From Candidatus Altimarinota bacterium (GTDB taxonomy: Bacteria; Patescibacteriota; Gracilibacteria; UBA1369): DNA of 64,000 nt. Shown piece after piece: positions 1 through 9,199 of this stretch (its first letter is position 1; every line of letters starts with the position of its first letter). The translations under genes and the position numbers were made by a program. Under the pieces are notes generated by a model that was not told the DNA's origin, searched no databases, and saw nothing but the letters and a program-made list of their open reading frames with translations. The stretch is taken from positions 6,092 through 70,091 of the forward strand of contig JBGSPQ010000040.1 of the NCBI GenBank assembly GCA_041738505.1, in the 5' to 3' direction.

Positions 1-4
1 GCAG

Positions 5-1051
5 GTGAGAAATCTGATGATGACCACGGAGGAGGTCTTTGAAATGCTGCTGGAGGCGAAAGAACTCGGACTCAAAAATATTAAATTTTTGGGACCCGGG
101 GAGCTGGTGCAAAATCCGCGTTTGTTTGAAATCCTAGATTTTCTTAAGGAGAACAACATCAAGATAGGTATCTTTACCAAGGGCGTGGTTCTGGGTGATG
201 ACAAGCTGGCCATGAAATTGCACGGGATGAGCGCCGATGCGCTCTGCAAAAAAATCGCGGGATATGAAAATGTGACCATTCTTCTCGGATTAACGTCCTT
301 TGACAGGGGGAGCGAAAATAAGAGGTTAAAAGATTCAAAGTATCCCAATTACTTTGACATCAGGAATCGGGCGTTTGAATCATTGGCTGCGGCGGGTATG
401 AACCTGGATCCGGATAACCAGAGGTTGGCGATTGTGGCAACACCCGTACTTAGGGATAACATTGATGAGATTGTGGAAATTTACAAATACGGATTGGAAA
501 GAAATCTTCCCGTGATTGTCGCGCCGACAATGCTGAGCGGAGACGGGGGGCTGATGGTTGAAATTACCGATAAGGAATTTAAAGAGAAGAATCTGGTTGA
601 CCTGTATGTGGAAATTTACTCGATCCTTATCAATTCAAAAATCGTGACTATGGAGCAGGTGATGGAAGAAGGTGTTTCCCCTTATGCGGGATATGCCTGC
701 AACCAGTTCATTGGCGGAATAATGGTAAGAAAAGACGGACAGGTGCAGTGTTGTCCCGGCAATGATACGGCTCCTTATTTGCCCGCCAGGGATGTCAGGA
801 GACAACCGCTTAAGGAAATATGGAAGAACAGTCCCAATTATGCCTTGAGAGAGAAGATGTTCAGGGAAGGAACGATCACCCTGACCCAGCCCTGCTATGC
901 CAAGACCGAAGGTTTGGCGCTGGCGGACGGAGTGGCTCCGGTTAAGGAAGGGTGCGGTTCCATTCCCGAAGGGTTTTATGACCTGGTCCTGCAGAAACTG
1001 ATTGAGAAATTCGGGAGTGAGTCAATGGCGGTTGTGCAGGATGCGAGGTAA
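5..1051 (+). CDS. radical SAM-family protein, C-terminal part (5' end lies outside the window)
   Basis: The reading frame is open back to nt 2, so the N-terminus and any CxxxCxxC motif lie upstream. KNIKFLGPGELVQNPRLFEILDFLKENNIKIGIFTKG resembles the GGEP-type SAM-binding strand and barrel core of radical SAM enzymes. The Cys-rich tail (CNQF, QVQCCPGN, QPCY, GCGS) could hold an auxiliary cluster. The call rests on motif memory only. Confidence 0.45.
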   Translation: MRNLMMTTEEVFEMLLEAKELGLKNIKFLGPGELVQNPRLFEILDFLKENNIKIGIFTKGVVLGDDKLAMKLHGMSADALCKKIAGYENVTILLGLTSFDRGSENKRLKDSKYPNYFDIRNRAFESLAAAGMNLDPDNQRLAIVATPVLRDNIDEIVEIYKYGLERNLPVIVAPTMLSGDGGLMVEITDKEFKEKNLVDLYVEIYSILINSKIVTMEQVMEEGVSPYAGYACNQFIGGIMVRKDGQVQCCPGNDTAPYLPARDVRRQPLKEIWKNSPNYALREKMFREGTITLTQPCYAKTEGLALADGVAPVKEGCGSIPEGFYDLVLQKLIEKFGSESMAVVQDAR

Positions 1052-1080
1052 ACCGATGATATAAATTGTGAGTGAACACA

Positions 1081-1124
1081 AACGCTGTTAAAATCTACGC
1101 AATAGATTCTAACAGCGTTTTATT
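1081..1124 (+). terminator. rho-independent terminator after the radical SAM gene
   Basis: aacgctgtta (1081-1090) pairs perfectly with taacagcgtt (1110-1119). There is inner aatct/agatt pairing, then tttatt. The next ATG is at 1125. Confidence 0.6.
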
Positions 1125-2093
1125 ATGATCACTTTGCAACAGTCGTACGAAAAGTTTTTGGAGATGGCAATTGAGCGCGGGCCGCGGTCGAAAAAAGAGG
1201 TGATGGCGATTCTGAAAAAGAAGAAAGAGGAATTTAAAAAGCTGGATGAGAAGAAGAAAAAATATTTTGACGAGGAACTTTTGAACAATCCTTTTCCGGA
1301 TAGCAGAATTTTGGCCGGGGATCCGAAAACGGCGTTGAAAAGAGTTTTGGTGGGGATTGATGTGACGGTGGGGGACGTTTTATTGGCGAATGAATTGACC
1401 CGGAACGGAAAGAAAATTGATGCCGTGATATCGCATCATCCGGAGGGGCGCGGGCTGGTGGATTTGACGCGCGTGATGGAGGTGCAGGAGCATCTGGCCG
1501 TGTTGGATGGTGTGCCGGTGAATATCGCCGAGAAGATGTTGATGGCCAGAATGGGCGATATAGACAGGTCGCTGCACGCGGCGAATCATTACGCCGTGCC
1601 ACAGGCGGCGGAGCTTTTGGGGATGCCGTTTGCCTGTTTTCATACCATGGCAGACAATCAATGCTGGTGGTTTTTAAAGAAACATATCGAAAAGAAAAAA
1701 CCGGAAACTGTCGGGGATATTGTGGATGCGCTGATGGAGATTCCCGAATATCAGAAAGCCGCGAAGCTTGGCAACAAGCCGGAGGTTTTTGTTGGTTCGG
1801 AAAATTCAAAAGTGGGGAAGATTTCTTATTCCGGAATTACGGGTGGGACGACGGGGCCAAAGGAAGTTTATGAAAAAATGGCGATGGCCGGTGTGGGGAC
1901 GATTGTGGCGATGCATATTCCCGAAGAGCACAAAAAGCTGGTGGAAAAACATCAAATGAACGTGGTGGTGGCCAGTCACATGGCTTCTGACAGCCTTGGT
2001 GTGAATATTCTGCTGGATGAAATGGAGAAAAAAGGCGTGGAGATTCTGGCCTGTGGCGGATACATTCGCGTGAGCAGGGCCAAAAGAAAATAG
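1125..2093 (+). CDS. NIF3-family (dinuclear metal centre) protein
   Basis: 322 aa with the three metal-ligand blocks typical of NIF3/YbgI proteins: AVISHHPEG, CFHTMADN and VVASHMASDSLG. An inserted middle domain is present. Confidence 0.55.
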   Translation: MITLQQSYEKFLEMAIERGPRSKKEVMAILKKKKEEFKKLDEKKKKYFDEELLNNPFPDSRILAGDPKTALKRVLVGIDVTVGDVLLANELTRNGKKIDAVISHHPEGRGLVDLTRVMEVQEHLAVLDGVPVNIAEKMLMARMGDIDRSLHAANHYAVPQAAELLGMPFACFHTMADNQCWWFLKKHIEKKKPETVGDIVDALMEIPEYQKAAKLGNKPEVFVGSENSKVGKISYSGITGGTTGPKEVYEKMAMAGVGTIVAMHIPEEHKKLVEKHQMNVVVASHMASDSLGVNILLDEMEKKGVEILACGGYIRVSRAKRK

Positions 2094-2123
2094 AATATTG
2101 GCGGTGGAAGGTGAGTTTTTGCG

Positions 2124-2152
2124 TTGACATAAGGAATAAAAGCCTATTTAAT
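2124..2152 (+). promoter_or_regulatory. candidate sigma70-type promoter for the 2176 gene
   Basis: TTGACA (2124-2129), a 17-nt spacer, then TTTAAT (2147-2152), 24 nt upstream of the ATG. It overlaps a small agcctat/ataggct hairpin. Confidence 0.3.
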
Positions 2153-2175
2153 AGGCTGCCATTTAATTAAATAAC

Positions 2176-2655
2176 ATGTCAGTTAATAAACCGAGAACGG
2201 AAGAATCAAATACACCCGATCTGCAGAATGTGAATCTTGCCGATGTGGACAAGCTGGCGCCCGAAATCAAACATGAATTGAGGGAGCTTCTGCGTTTGGA
2301 TCCATTGGTGGATTCGCAAAGAGTGGTTTTGCTTTTTCAATATGCATTGTACGAGCGCGTTCTTTTGAACGATGATTTTATGAATATGGTTTTGACCGCT
2401 GATTTCAGGGCGGGGATTGAAGATATTTTAAAGATTTTCAGGACTTTGAATGCGTGCAGGGACAAGGAGACACGCAGGGAAAATGTTTATGACAGGGCGG
2501 AAACGATGACGGCTTTTCTGATTAACGCGATTCATCTGGCCAAAGAGGGGCTCAGGGATACCCGTTATGTTGGGATGGATGTTTATAAAGGGTTAAATGA
2601 AACGGTTGGAGAAATTGAAAAAATCCTTCATCCAGTAAAAAAGAAATCAGGTTAG
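2176..2655 (+). CDS. hypothetical protein (159 aa)
   Basis: Clean ORF with balanced helical-looking composition and no motif I recognise. Confidence 0.5.
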   Translation: MSVNKPRTEESNTPDLQNVNLADVDKLAPEIKHELRELLRLDPLVDSQRVVLLFQYALYERVLLNDDFMNMVLTADFRAGIEDILKIFRTLNACRDKETRRENVYDRAETMTAFLINAIHLAKEGLRDTRYVGMDVYKGLNETVGEIEKILHPVKKKSG

Positions 2656-2695
2656 GGCGGTACTTTTTTGTTTTAGTGTGAGTTGAATTGTTTTT

Positions 2696-5152
2696 TTACA
2701 GTCCGCGGATCTGGCCACCGGTTTCCTGCAGGTTTTTGAAGATCATCTGCTGGACGCGTTTCATTTCCTCGTCGGTGAGGGTGCGGTCGTCGGCGCCGAG
2801 GGTGATTGAAAACGCGGCCGCTTTTTTGTCTTCGCCGATATTGGGGCCGGCGAATAAATCAAACAATTCCACTTGGCGGATTAAGGCGCGGTCGGCTTTG
2901 CGGATAACTTTTTCCAGACTGCCGATTTCGGTATTTTTGTCCACGATTACGGAAACGTCAAAAGCGATTTCGGGGTATTTTGTGAGAGGTCTGTACTTGT
3001 TTTCTTTGAATCCTTTGGCGGCAAGCAGGGTAAAGTTGACTTCAAAAACTCCGATTTGCGCGTTTTCCAGTCCGCAGTTTTTGGCTACGAGCGGATGCAG
3101 TTCATACGTCCGGGCGATTTCGTCGCCGTTGGCTTTGTCGTACCAGGCCGCGTATTTGGCGGGGTGGGCGCAGGAACAATGCGATTCGCCTTTTCTCATT
3201 TCAAACGAGGCGTTGTTGTAGTAAGAAAGCAGTTTTTCCAGCGCGCCTTTGGCTTCGTAAAAAACATCCGTGGTTTTTTTGCCCGATTTTACAACCATGC
3301 CGCAGATGTATTTTTCCTCTATGGGAAAGTATTCCTGCAGGTTGTGGTAAGTTCTGCCGATTTCGTAAATTTTGAATTCGGGGAAAGATTTTAAATTTTC
3401 CGCGACGTTTTTCAGCATGTTGGGAACCAGGCTTACACGCATATGGGTCTGTTCCTCCGATAGATAGTTTTCCACTTTTTCATGCAGTTCTTCGGGGAGG
3501 AGAGTTTTTTCTATATCTTTTTTGGAATAGAACGAATAGTTAAAGACCTCGCTAAAGCCCAGTCCGTAAGAGATTATCTGGCGGGCGCGGTGTTTTAAAA
3601 CGCGCTCAACGTTCTCTTCGGGAAGGCGGGCGGGTAGTTCGGGCAGAAGGGGCGTGATGTTTTCGTAACCGTGAATTCGGGCGATTTCCTCCACCAGGTC
3701 ATCCTCCATGGAAATGTCTTTGGTGGCGCGGAAAGTGGGGATTTCAACCTCCAGTTTTTTGATAGTTTTGCCGCCGGTTGTTTTTACGATTTTGAATTCC
3801 AGCGATTCCAGAATACGGATGGCTTCTTCTGTGGGAAGGTTTTTGCCGATTTTGGCGCGCAGTCTCTCCATGTCCAATTTGGTCGTGAGCGGTTTTGTGC
3901 TGAATGAAGCGATATCCACTTTTGGGGAGACGATGCGGGCTTCGGGATAGATTTGCAGAATCAGTTCGCACAGTCTGTCCATGGCGGTTTCGGCGAGCAC
4001 GGGGTCCAGGGATTTTTCGAATCTTTGTACCGCTTCCGTGCGGAGGCCCAGTTTGGTTGAGGTTTTTCGGACGGAGGCGGGGTGGAAGTTGGCGGATTCC
4101 AGGATCAGGCGGGTGGTTGTGTTGGAGATTTCGCTGTTGGCGCCGCCCATTACGCCGGCGATGGCAACGGCTTTTTCGTGGTCGGCGATTACCAGCATGT
4201 CTTTGGTGAGTGTTCTTTTTACTTCGTCCAGAGTCTGGATTTCCTCTTTGTTTTCGGCGGGTCTAACCACAATACCGCCTTTTATTTTGTCAGCGTCAAA
4301 AGCGTGCATGGGTTGTCCCAGTTCGGCCATGACGTAGTTGGTGGCGTCCACAATGTTGCTGATTGGGCGGTAGCCAACCGTTTCCAGACGTTTTTGCATC
4401 CAAGCCGGGGAAGGTTCTATTTTTACATTTTCAACCATCACTCCAATATATCTTGGACAGAGTTTTTTGCTTTCCACTTTTACGGAGAGTGCGTTTTTGG
4501 CGGTTTCGGAATTCGGGTATTGAACTTTTATCTCTTGTGCACGCAGTTTTTCGCCGGTGATGGCGGCCATTTCACGCGCGATGCCGTAGTGGCCCCAAAG
4601 GTCGGGGCGGTGCGTGAGCGATTTGTTGTCTATTTCAAAAACAAAGTCGTTTAAATGCAGAGCCTGCGCAAGCGGTTGTCCGGCGGTGAATCCTCCGTTG
4701 TCGCCGGTGTTCAATGTGCTCAAATCCAAAATACCTTCCGGGGTGGGGGCCAATCCGATTTCCTCTCCGGCACAGATCATGCCAAAACTTTCCACTCCGC
4801 GAATTTTTGCGTTTTCCATGGTCACAAGGTCCCCCTCGCCGTGCCAACGCACGCGGGCGCCTTTTAAAGCCACGGAAACGTACATTCCTTCCGCAATGTT
4901 CGGTCCGCCGCAGACAATCTGCAATAATTCGCCGGTTCCAACGTCCGTGCGCGCGATTTTCAGTTTGTCGGCATCCGGGTGGGGCTCGATTTTTTTGATT
5001 TGGCCGACCACAATGTTGTCAAAAAGTTCGGCCATATCTTCTGTGTGTTCCACTTCGGCGGCGCGCAGGGTGAAAGTGTGCGCCAAATCTTTCAGATTTA
5101 TGTCTGCCGGAATGTGTACAAAGTCGCGAAGCCAGTTTACGGAGATTTTCAT
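2696..5152 (-). CDS. pheT: phenylalanine--tRNA ligase beta subunit
   Basis: 818 aa. The N-terminus MKISVNWLRDFV is followed by a tRNA-binding domain (VVGQIKKIEPHPDADKLKI..VCG). B3/4 and B5 regions and a C-terminal anticodon-binding-like domain are present. Architecture and length are typical of bacterial PheT. Confidence 0.93.
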   Translation of the reverse strand: MKISVNWLRDFVHIPADINLKDLAHTFTLRAAEVEHTEDMAELFDNIVVGQIKKIEPHPDADKLKIARTDVGTGELLQIVCGGPNIAEGMYVSVALKGARVRWHGEGDLVTMENAKIRGVESFGMICAGEEIGLAPTPEGILDLSTLNTGDNGGFTAGQPLAQALHLNDFVFEIDNKSLTHRPDLWGHYGIAREMAAITGEKLRAQEIKVQYPNSETAKNALSVKVESKKLCPRYIGVMVENVKIEPSPAWMQKRLETVGYRPISNIVDATNYVMAELGQPMHAFDADKIKGGIVVRPAENKEEIQTLDEVKRTLTKDMLVIADHEKAVAIAGVMGGANSEISNTTTRLILESANFHPASVRKTSTKLGLRTEAVQRFEKSLDPVLAETAMDRLCELILQIYPEARIVSPKVDIASFSTKPLTTKLDMERLRAKIGKNLPTEEAIRILESLEFKIVKTTGGKTIKKLEVEIPTFRATKDISMEDDLVEEIARIHGYENITPLLPELPARLPEENVERVLKHRARQIISYGLGFSEVFNYSFYSKKDIEKTLLPEELHEKVENYLSEEQTHMRVSLVPNMLKNVAENLKSFPEFKIYEIGRTYHNLQEYFPIEEKYICGMVVKSGKKTTDVFYEAKGALEKLLSYYNNASFEMRKGESHCSCAHPAKYAAWYDKANGDEIARTYELHPLVAKNCGLENAQIGVFEVNFTLLAAKGFKENKYRPLTKYPEIAFDVSVIVDKNTEIGSLEKVIRKADRALIRQVELFDLFAGPNIGEDKKAAAFSITLGADDRTLTDEEMKRVQQMIFKNLQETGGQIRGL

Positions 5153-5186
5153 GATAGATATATTTTAATTGATTCCAATGTCGCCC

Positions 5187-5480
5187 CTATAACTCCTTTA
5201 GCGCGACGCCGTTTGCTTTGTTGTATTTGAGTGTAAGGTAAAGGACGATGATATTGAAAAATGTGAACAGAACGAAGAGTGAGAAGAAGATGTAGTCGTT
5301 GGTGTAGAGTGCGTAGGCGGCCAGGAGTATGTCTCCGACAAGGTAGTTGATCCACATCATTAAACTTAAATCCTCTCCTTTTTTGGTCTTGATGAGTTTT
5401 ACTATTTGCGGGATGTAGGCCAGGACCAGCAGGGCGTTGCCGACGATGCCGATTGTTTGCATGACCAGAGCGGTGTCCAT
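5187..5480 (-). CDS. SemiSWEET / PQ-loop family membrane protein
   Basis: 97 aa with three predicted TM helices and a PQ motif (LAYIPQIVKLIKTKKGEDLSL). Size and topology match bacterial SemiSWEET half-transporters. Confidence 0.65.
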   Translation of the reverse strand: MDTALVMQTIGIVGNALLVLAYIPQIVKLIKTKKGEDLSLMMWINYLVGDILLAAYALYTNDYIFFSLFVLFTFFNIIVLYLTLKYNKANGVALKEL

Positions 5481-5552
5481 TTGATAATTATGTTAAAATT
5501 GTTTAAGAAATTTCAGGTTGCCGGCAAGTTGTCTTAAAGGGGAGCCGGAAAC

Positions 5553-7253
5553 TTAATCTGTGAGGATCATCAGGTTTCTAACATCGGAAGTATAGCTGAG
5601 TGAATCGGGATCTCCACTTGTTAAGTAGTAGACAACTCTCCAGTGACAGTAAATGTCAGTGTTGAAACTGAACCCGGTTGTATTGCTTGGGGTGAAACTT
5701 GTTACGGTGTCCATATCATAGTAAGTGCTTTGAAAAGCCGACCATTCAAGCCAGTGGTCCGAAGTTGGATAATTGTAATTGGTGCAGCTTAATTGTATGC
5801 CATATTGTCCACCCGATGGAATGAAATGATTTTCCCATGCAAATGGTATTGTTGTTCCGTTATCGTACGCGGATCCGTTTGAAGGACTTATGGCTGTGAT
5901 GTAACCGGCGTTGACGTTTCCCGGGTAAGACATTGTCCATACGGATGAGTCTGTGTAGCTTGTTCGGTCGGGATTCCAGGCGCGCACTTTCCAATAGTAG
6001 TAGCCTGTATCATTCAAAAATCCGGATGTTCCTTTGCTAAAGAAATATCCTATATTCCCGTTCGTATTAATTGCGGTGTTTGTAATGTCATACCATCCGT
6101 AATCGCTGTTTCCGGGCATTTGCAGGCCCAGTTGGTATTCGGATACATTTGTCGTCGGGAGGAACTGAAAATTAACTCCCGTTGTGGAATTGTCGAGGAT
6201 GATATTATTTGCGGGCAGTTTTAGTGTGGGTTGTCCCGCAGTTACCGTAGCGCCGGAAAAATATAGATAAAATTCGGTGGAATCCTTCCAGTTTCCATTG
6301 TTATCGTATGCACGAACCTTCCAGTAATATCCCTGTGTTGCTCCTATGATATTAAAGTAGTAGCTGGAACTGTTTGAATTTGCTCTCTGAGTTACAAAAT
6401 AAGTGCTTGCCTGTGGCAGGCGAATCATCAGATCATAATGATCCGCTCCACTTACAGAGGACCATGAAAAGTTAACGGTTTTGTTTTGTGAATTGGAATA
6501 ATTTGTATTGTTTACCGGAGCATTCAAAATGGGAGTTCCCAGTGAAGTATCAGGAGGAGAAACAGAATCGGGTAATAGCGTACTCATACTAATCTGGTAC
6601 AGCATTTCAGCCACTTCTTTTCTGGTCATTTCCCCGCCGGGGAGAAATTTGATGGCATAAAGGTCAGGAGTGTAATTTTCCGTGTCGAGTTGAGTGTGAG
6701 CAGTTCCAACCAGTCTGTGTTGAAACAGGAATCTTGCGTAAGGCGCGTACCATGAACCGACCGGGATATCGGTGATAAATTTGTTGTCGTAAAAAATCGA
6801 ACCGGCGCTGCTATCTAAATATTCATTCGGGAACATTGATTCTACGGCAATTTTCATTGCCTCCGCGCGGTTAACACAGTTGTTAGGGCGGAAGGATCCA
6901 TCCGAGTATCCTTGTATGATGCCGCGATTCATGGCCTCTCTTACATATTTATAGAACCAGTCGTTCGTATTAACGTCGTTAAAGTAAGGAAAGGATCCTG
7001 TTGTTCCGATATTGCCTTCGACAATATATTCCAAAATCATTTTTACAAGTTCCGCGCGACGTACACAATTATCGGGGCCGAAAGATCCGTCTCCGTAGCC
7101 TTGAATAATTCCTTCATCGTATGCCCACATTATTCCGTTATAGTAATTTGTGCCTGAATTTACATCATAAAATGTCGCTGCCGATGCCAATGGAACGGGG
7201 ATTGTTAACAAAATTGCCATGAAGGATACTATAAGCGATTTTATGATTTTCAT
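5553..7253 (-). CDS. secreted SLH-domain surface protein with repeated beta-sandwich modules
   Basis: Signal peptide MKIIKSLIVSFMAILLTIPVPLASA. There are three N-terminal SLH-like units (YDVNSG..GIIQGYGDGSFGPDN..RAELVKMI; FNDVNTNDW..GIIQGYSDGSFRPNN..RAEAMKI; a third degenerate). Repeated approximately 90-aa modules follow, ending in YYWKVRAYD / YYYWKVRAWN / CHWRVVYY. Confidence 0.7.
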   Translation of the reverse strand: MKIIKSLIVSFMAILLTIPVPLASAATFYDVNSGTNYYNGIMWAYDEGIIQGYGDGSFGPDNCVRRAELVKMILEYIVEGNIGTTGSFPYFNDVNTNDWFYKYVREAMNRGIIQGYSDGSFRPNNCVNRAEAMKIAVESMFPNEYLDSSAGSIFYDNKFITDIPVGSWYAPYARFLFQHRLVGTAHTQLDTENYTPDLYAIKFLPGGEMTRKEVAEMLYQISMSTLLPDSVSPPDTSLGTPILNAPVNNTNYSNSQNKTVNFSWSSVSGADHYDLMIRLPQASTYFVTQRANSNSSSYYFNIIGATQGYYWKVRAYDNNGNWKDSTEFYLYFSGATVTAGQPTLKLPANNIILDNSTTGVNFQFLPTTNVSEYQLGLQMPGNSDYGWYDITNTAINTNGNIGYFFSKGTSGFLNDTGYYYWKVRAWNPDRTSYTDSSVWTMSYPGNVNAGYITAISPSNGSAYDNGTTIPFAWENHFIPSGGQYGIQLSCTNYNYPTSDHWLEWSAFQSTYYDMDTVTSFTPSNTTGFSFNTDIYCHWRVVYYLTSGDPDSLSYTSDVRNLMILTD

Positions 7254-7306
7254 GTGCTGTTTGGGTAAAAGTTAGTTATTGAAATTTTTATAAAGAGAAG
7301 TGCGTT

Positions 7307-8347
7307 CTAAAATTGTTGCAGAAATTTCAGGTTGCCCGATTGAAAGTGGCGGATGTCCTCCACGCCGTAGCGCATCATTACAAGGCGTTCCAGACCGAAT
7401 CCGAAAGCCCAGCCCTGGTAAACTTTTGAGTCTATGCCGCCGGCTTTTAAGACGTTGGGGTGCACCATTCCGGCGCCCATGAATTCCATCCAGCCGGTGT
7501 GTTTGCAAACGCCGCATCCTTTTTCACCGCATGCCAGACAGGAAAAATCCAGTTCCAAACCCGGTTCCACGAATGGGAAATAGCCCGGGCGGAAGCGCAC
7601 TTTCACTTCTTTGCGGAAGAGGCGCGAGAGAAATTCGGTCATGATTCCTTTTAGGTGCGCGAGTGAGATGTTTTTGTCTATCAGCAGGCCTTCAACCTGG
7701 TGGAATGTGTGCTCGTGCGACGCGTCGGTGGCTTCGTTGCGGAAGGTGCGGCCCGGAGCGATAACGCGGAGGGGCGCGCCGTATTTTTCCATGGTGCGGA
7801 TCTGCACGGGGGAAGTCTGTGTGCGGAGTACCAGTTTGCCGTGTTTCTTTTCGGCCTTATCTTTGATGAAAAACGTGTCCTGCATGTCGCGCGCGGGGTG
7901 GTCGGCGGGGACGTTTAAGCCTTCAAAGTTGTAGTATTCACTTTCAATTTCCGGGCCGTCCATTACCGCAAAGCCCATGTCGCTGAAGATATTTTCCACT
8001 TCGAACTGGGTCTGGGAAAGCGGGTGGATGTGTCCCACATGGTGTTTTGTTCCCGGATAGGTGATGTCAAAAAATTCGGTTTTCAGTTTTTCCTCCACCT
8101 CTTTTGTTTCCAGTTCGCGGCGTTTTTTTTCAAAAAGCGCGGTCAGGCCGTCTTTTATCTGATTGAAAAACGGTCCCAATTCTTTTTTTTCTTCTACGGA
8201 AAGGTCTTTCAGTCCGTGCAGAATTTCTGTGATTTCGCCTTTGCGTCCAAGGTATTTAACCTCTATTTCTTTGAGCTGGTTAAGGTCTGCGGCCTTTTCC
8301 ACGGCCGAAACGGCCTCTTTTTCCAGTTTTTGGAGTTGGTCTTTCAT
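7307..8347 (-). CDS. pheS: phenylalanine--tRNA ligase alpha subunit
   Basis: 346 aa with an N-terminal coiled coil and class II aaRS motifs (HPLSQT.., FRNEATDASHEHTFHQVEG, GFGLERLVMMRYGVEDIR). Confidence 0.95.
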   Translation of the reverse strand: MKDQLQKLEKEAVSAVEKAADLNQLKEIEVKYLGRKGEITEILHGLKDLSVEEKKELGPFFNQIKDGLTALFEKKRRELETKEVEEKLKTEFFDITYPGTKHHVGHIHPLSQTQFEVENIFSDMGFAVMDGPEIESEYYNFEGLNVPADHPARDMQDTFFIKDKAEKKHGKLVLRTQTSPVQIRTMEKYGAPLRVIAPGRTFRNEATDASHEHTFHQVEGLLIDKNISLAHLKGIMTEFLSRLFRKEVKVRFRPGYFPFVEPGLELDFSCLACGEKGCGVCKHTGWMEFMGAGMVHPNVLKAGGIDSKVYQGWAFGFGLERLVMMRYGVEDIRHFQSGNLKFLQQF

Positions 8348-8501
8348 GGATGAAGATTAATCAGTGCTCAATTTAGTGTTTTTAAGGCTTAAATGCAATA
8401 TCCGGCTTGTAAAAAAATTTAAGCAATTTTTTATGTTTTCATAATGTTCCCGAGTTATTTTGATTTGGGTAGCGGATTGATTTTTATTAATTAATATTAA
8501 A

Positions 8502-8531
8502 CTTGCTATAAAATCTTATATAAAATATACT
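8502..8531 (+). promoter_or_regulatory. candidate promoter of the toxin-antitoxin pair
   Basis: TTGCTA (8502-8507), an 18-nt spacer, then TATACT (8526-8531), in a very AT-rich 210-nt spacer about 28 nt upstream of the antitoxin ATG. An imperfect inverted repeat (aaaatatac / gtattttat) overlaps the -10 and could be an operator. Confidence 0.3.
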
Positions 8532-8558
8532 ATAGGTGTATTTTATAATTTATTAATT

Positions 8559-8831
8559 ATGTCCGGATTTATGCCAAAAGTTGCGACGTCACAACAGTTG
8601 CAGAAAGAATACAGATCCATATTTGATGATGTGATTAAAACCCATGAACCGGTGGTTATTTTGAATCGTAATCATCCGGAGGTTGTTATTGTAGACGTGA
8701 AAACATATCAATTACTTCGCGAGAATAATGAAAAATACGAACTTGAGAAGGCGATGGAGGCGGTAAAAAATTATGAGAATGAGAAAAAATCGGGAAAACT
8801 AAAAAAACTAAAATCTTTGGGGGATTTATAA
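8559..8831 (+). CDS. type II antitoxin, Phd/YefM family
   Basis: 90 aa. QQLQKEYRSIFDDVIKTHEPVVILNRNHPEVVIVDVKTYQLL matches the Phd/YefM N-terminal fold signature. The gene lies 2 nt upstream of a RelE/ParE-like ORF. Confidence 0.75.
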   Translation: MSGFMPKVATSQQLQKEYRSIFDDVIKTHEPVVILNRNHPEVVIVDVKTYQLLRENNEKYELEKAMEAVKNYENEKKSGKLKKLKSLGDL

Positions 8832-8833
8832 TT

Positions 8834-9100
8834 ATGAAAATTACCGGAATTTACTATTCGTCACATTTTGCCCGTGCTTTCAAAAGTCTTCCTGCCGATG
8901 TGCGGGGGGAAGCGTCGCGAAGGGAGCGAATTTTCAGGAATGATTGTTTTGACGCGAGATTGAAGACTCATAAGCTAAAGGGCAGTCTGGCCAAATATTG
9001 GTCATTTTCGGTAAATTTTTCTTATAGAATTGTTTTTGAGTTTATTGGCGAAGGAGAAGTGGCGTTTGTGGATATTGGGGATCACGGGATTTACGGTTAG
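8834..9100 (+). CDS. type II toxin, RelE/ParE superfamily
   Basis: 88 aa. HKLKGSLAKYWSFSVNFSYRIVFEFIGEGEVAFVDIGDHGIY is the typical RelE/ParE C-terminal block (..L.G....wS..v....Ri.f......v....ig.H..iY). Confidence 0.75.
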   Translation: MKITGIYYSSHFARAFKSLPADVRGEASRRERIFRNDCFDARLKTHKLKGSLAKYWSFSVNFSYRIVFEFIGEGEVAFVDIGDHGIYG

Positions 9101-9199
9101 TAGGCTTATGATAAGCAGAGGGTATTTTTTTGCCTGTAACATTTTGAGTTTTATTTTTTTATAGTACATTGAGTGTATGTATTTCTTAACTTTTTTCTT

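Noticed and set aside
1234-1809. 191-aa antisense ORF inside the NIF3 gene, plus similar shadow ORFs (for example 13458-14294 in topA, 4082-4654 in pheT, 33335-33904)
   Set aside because: They lie opposite clearly conserved genes and have Pro/Arg/Ser/Gly-skewed, low-complexity translations. They are typical frame shadows.
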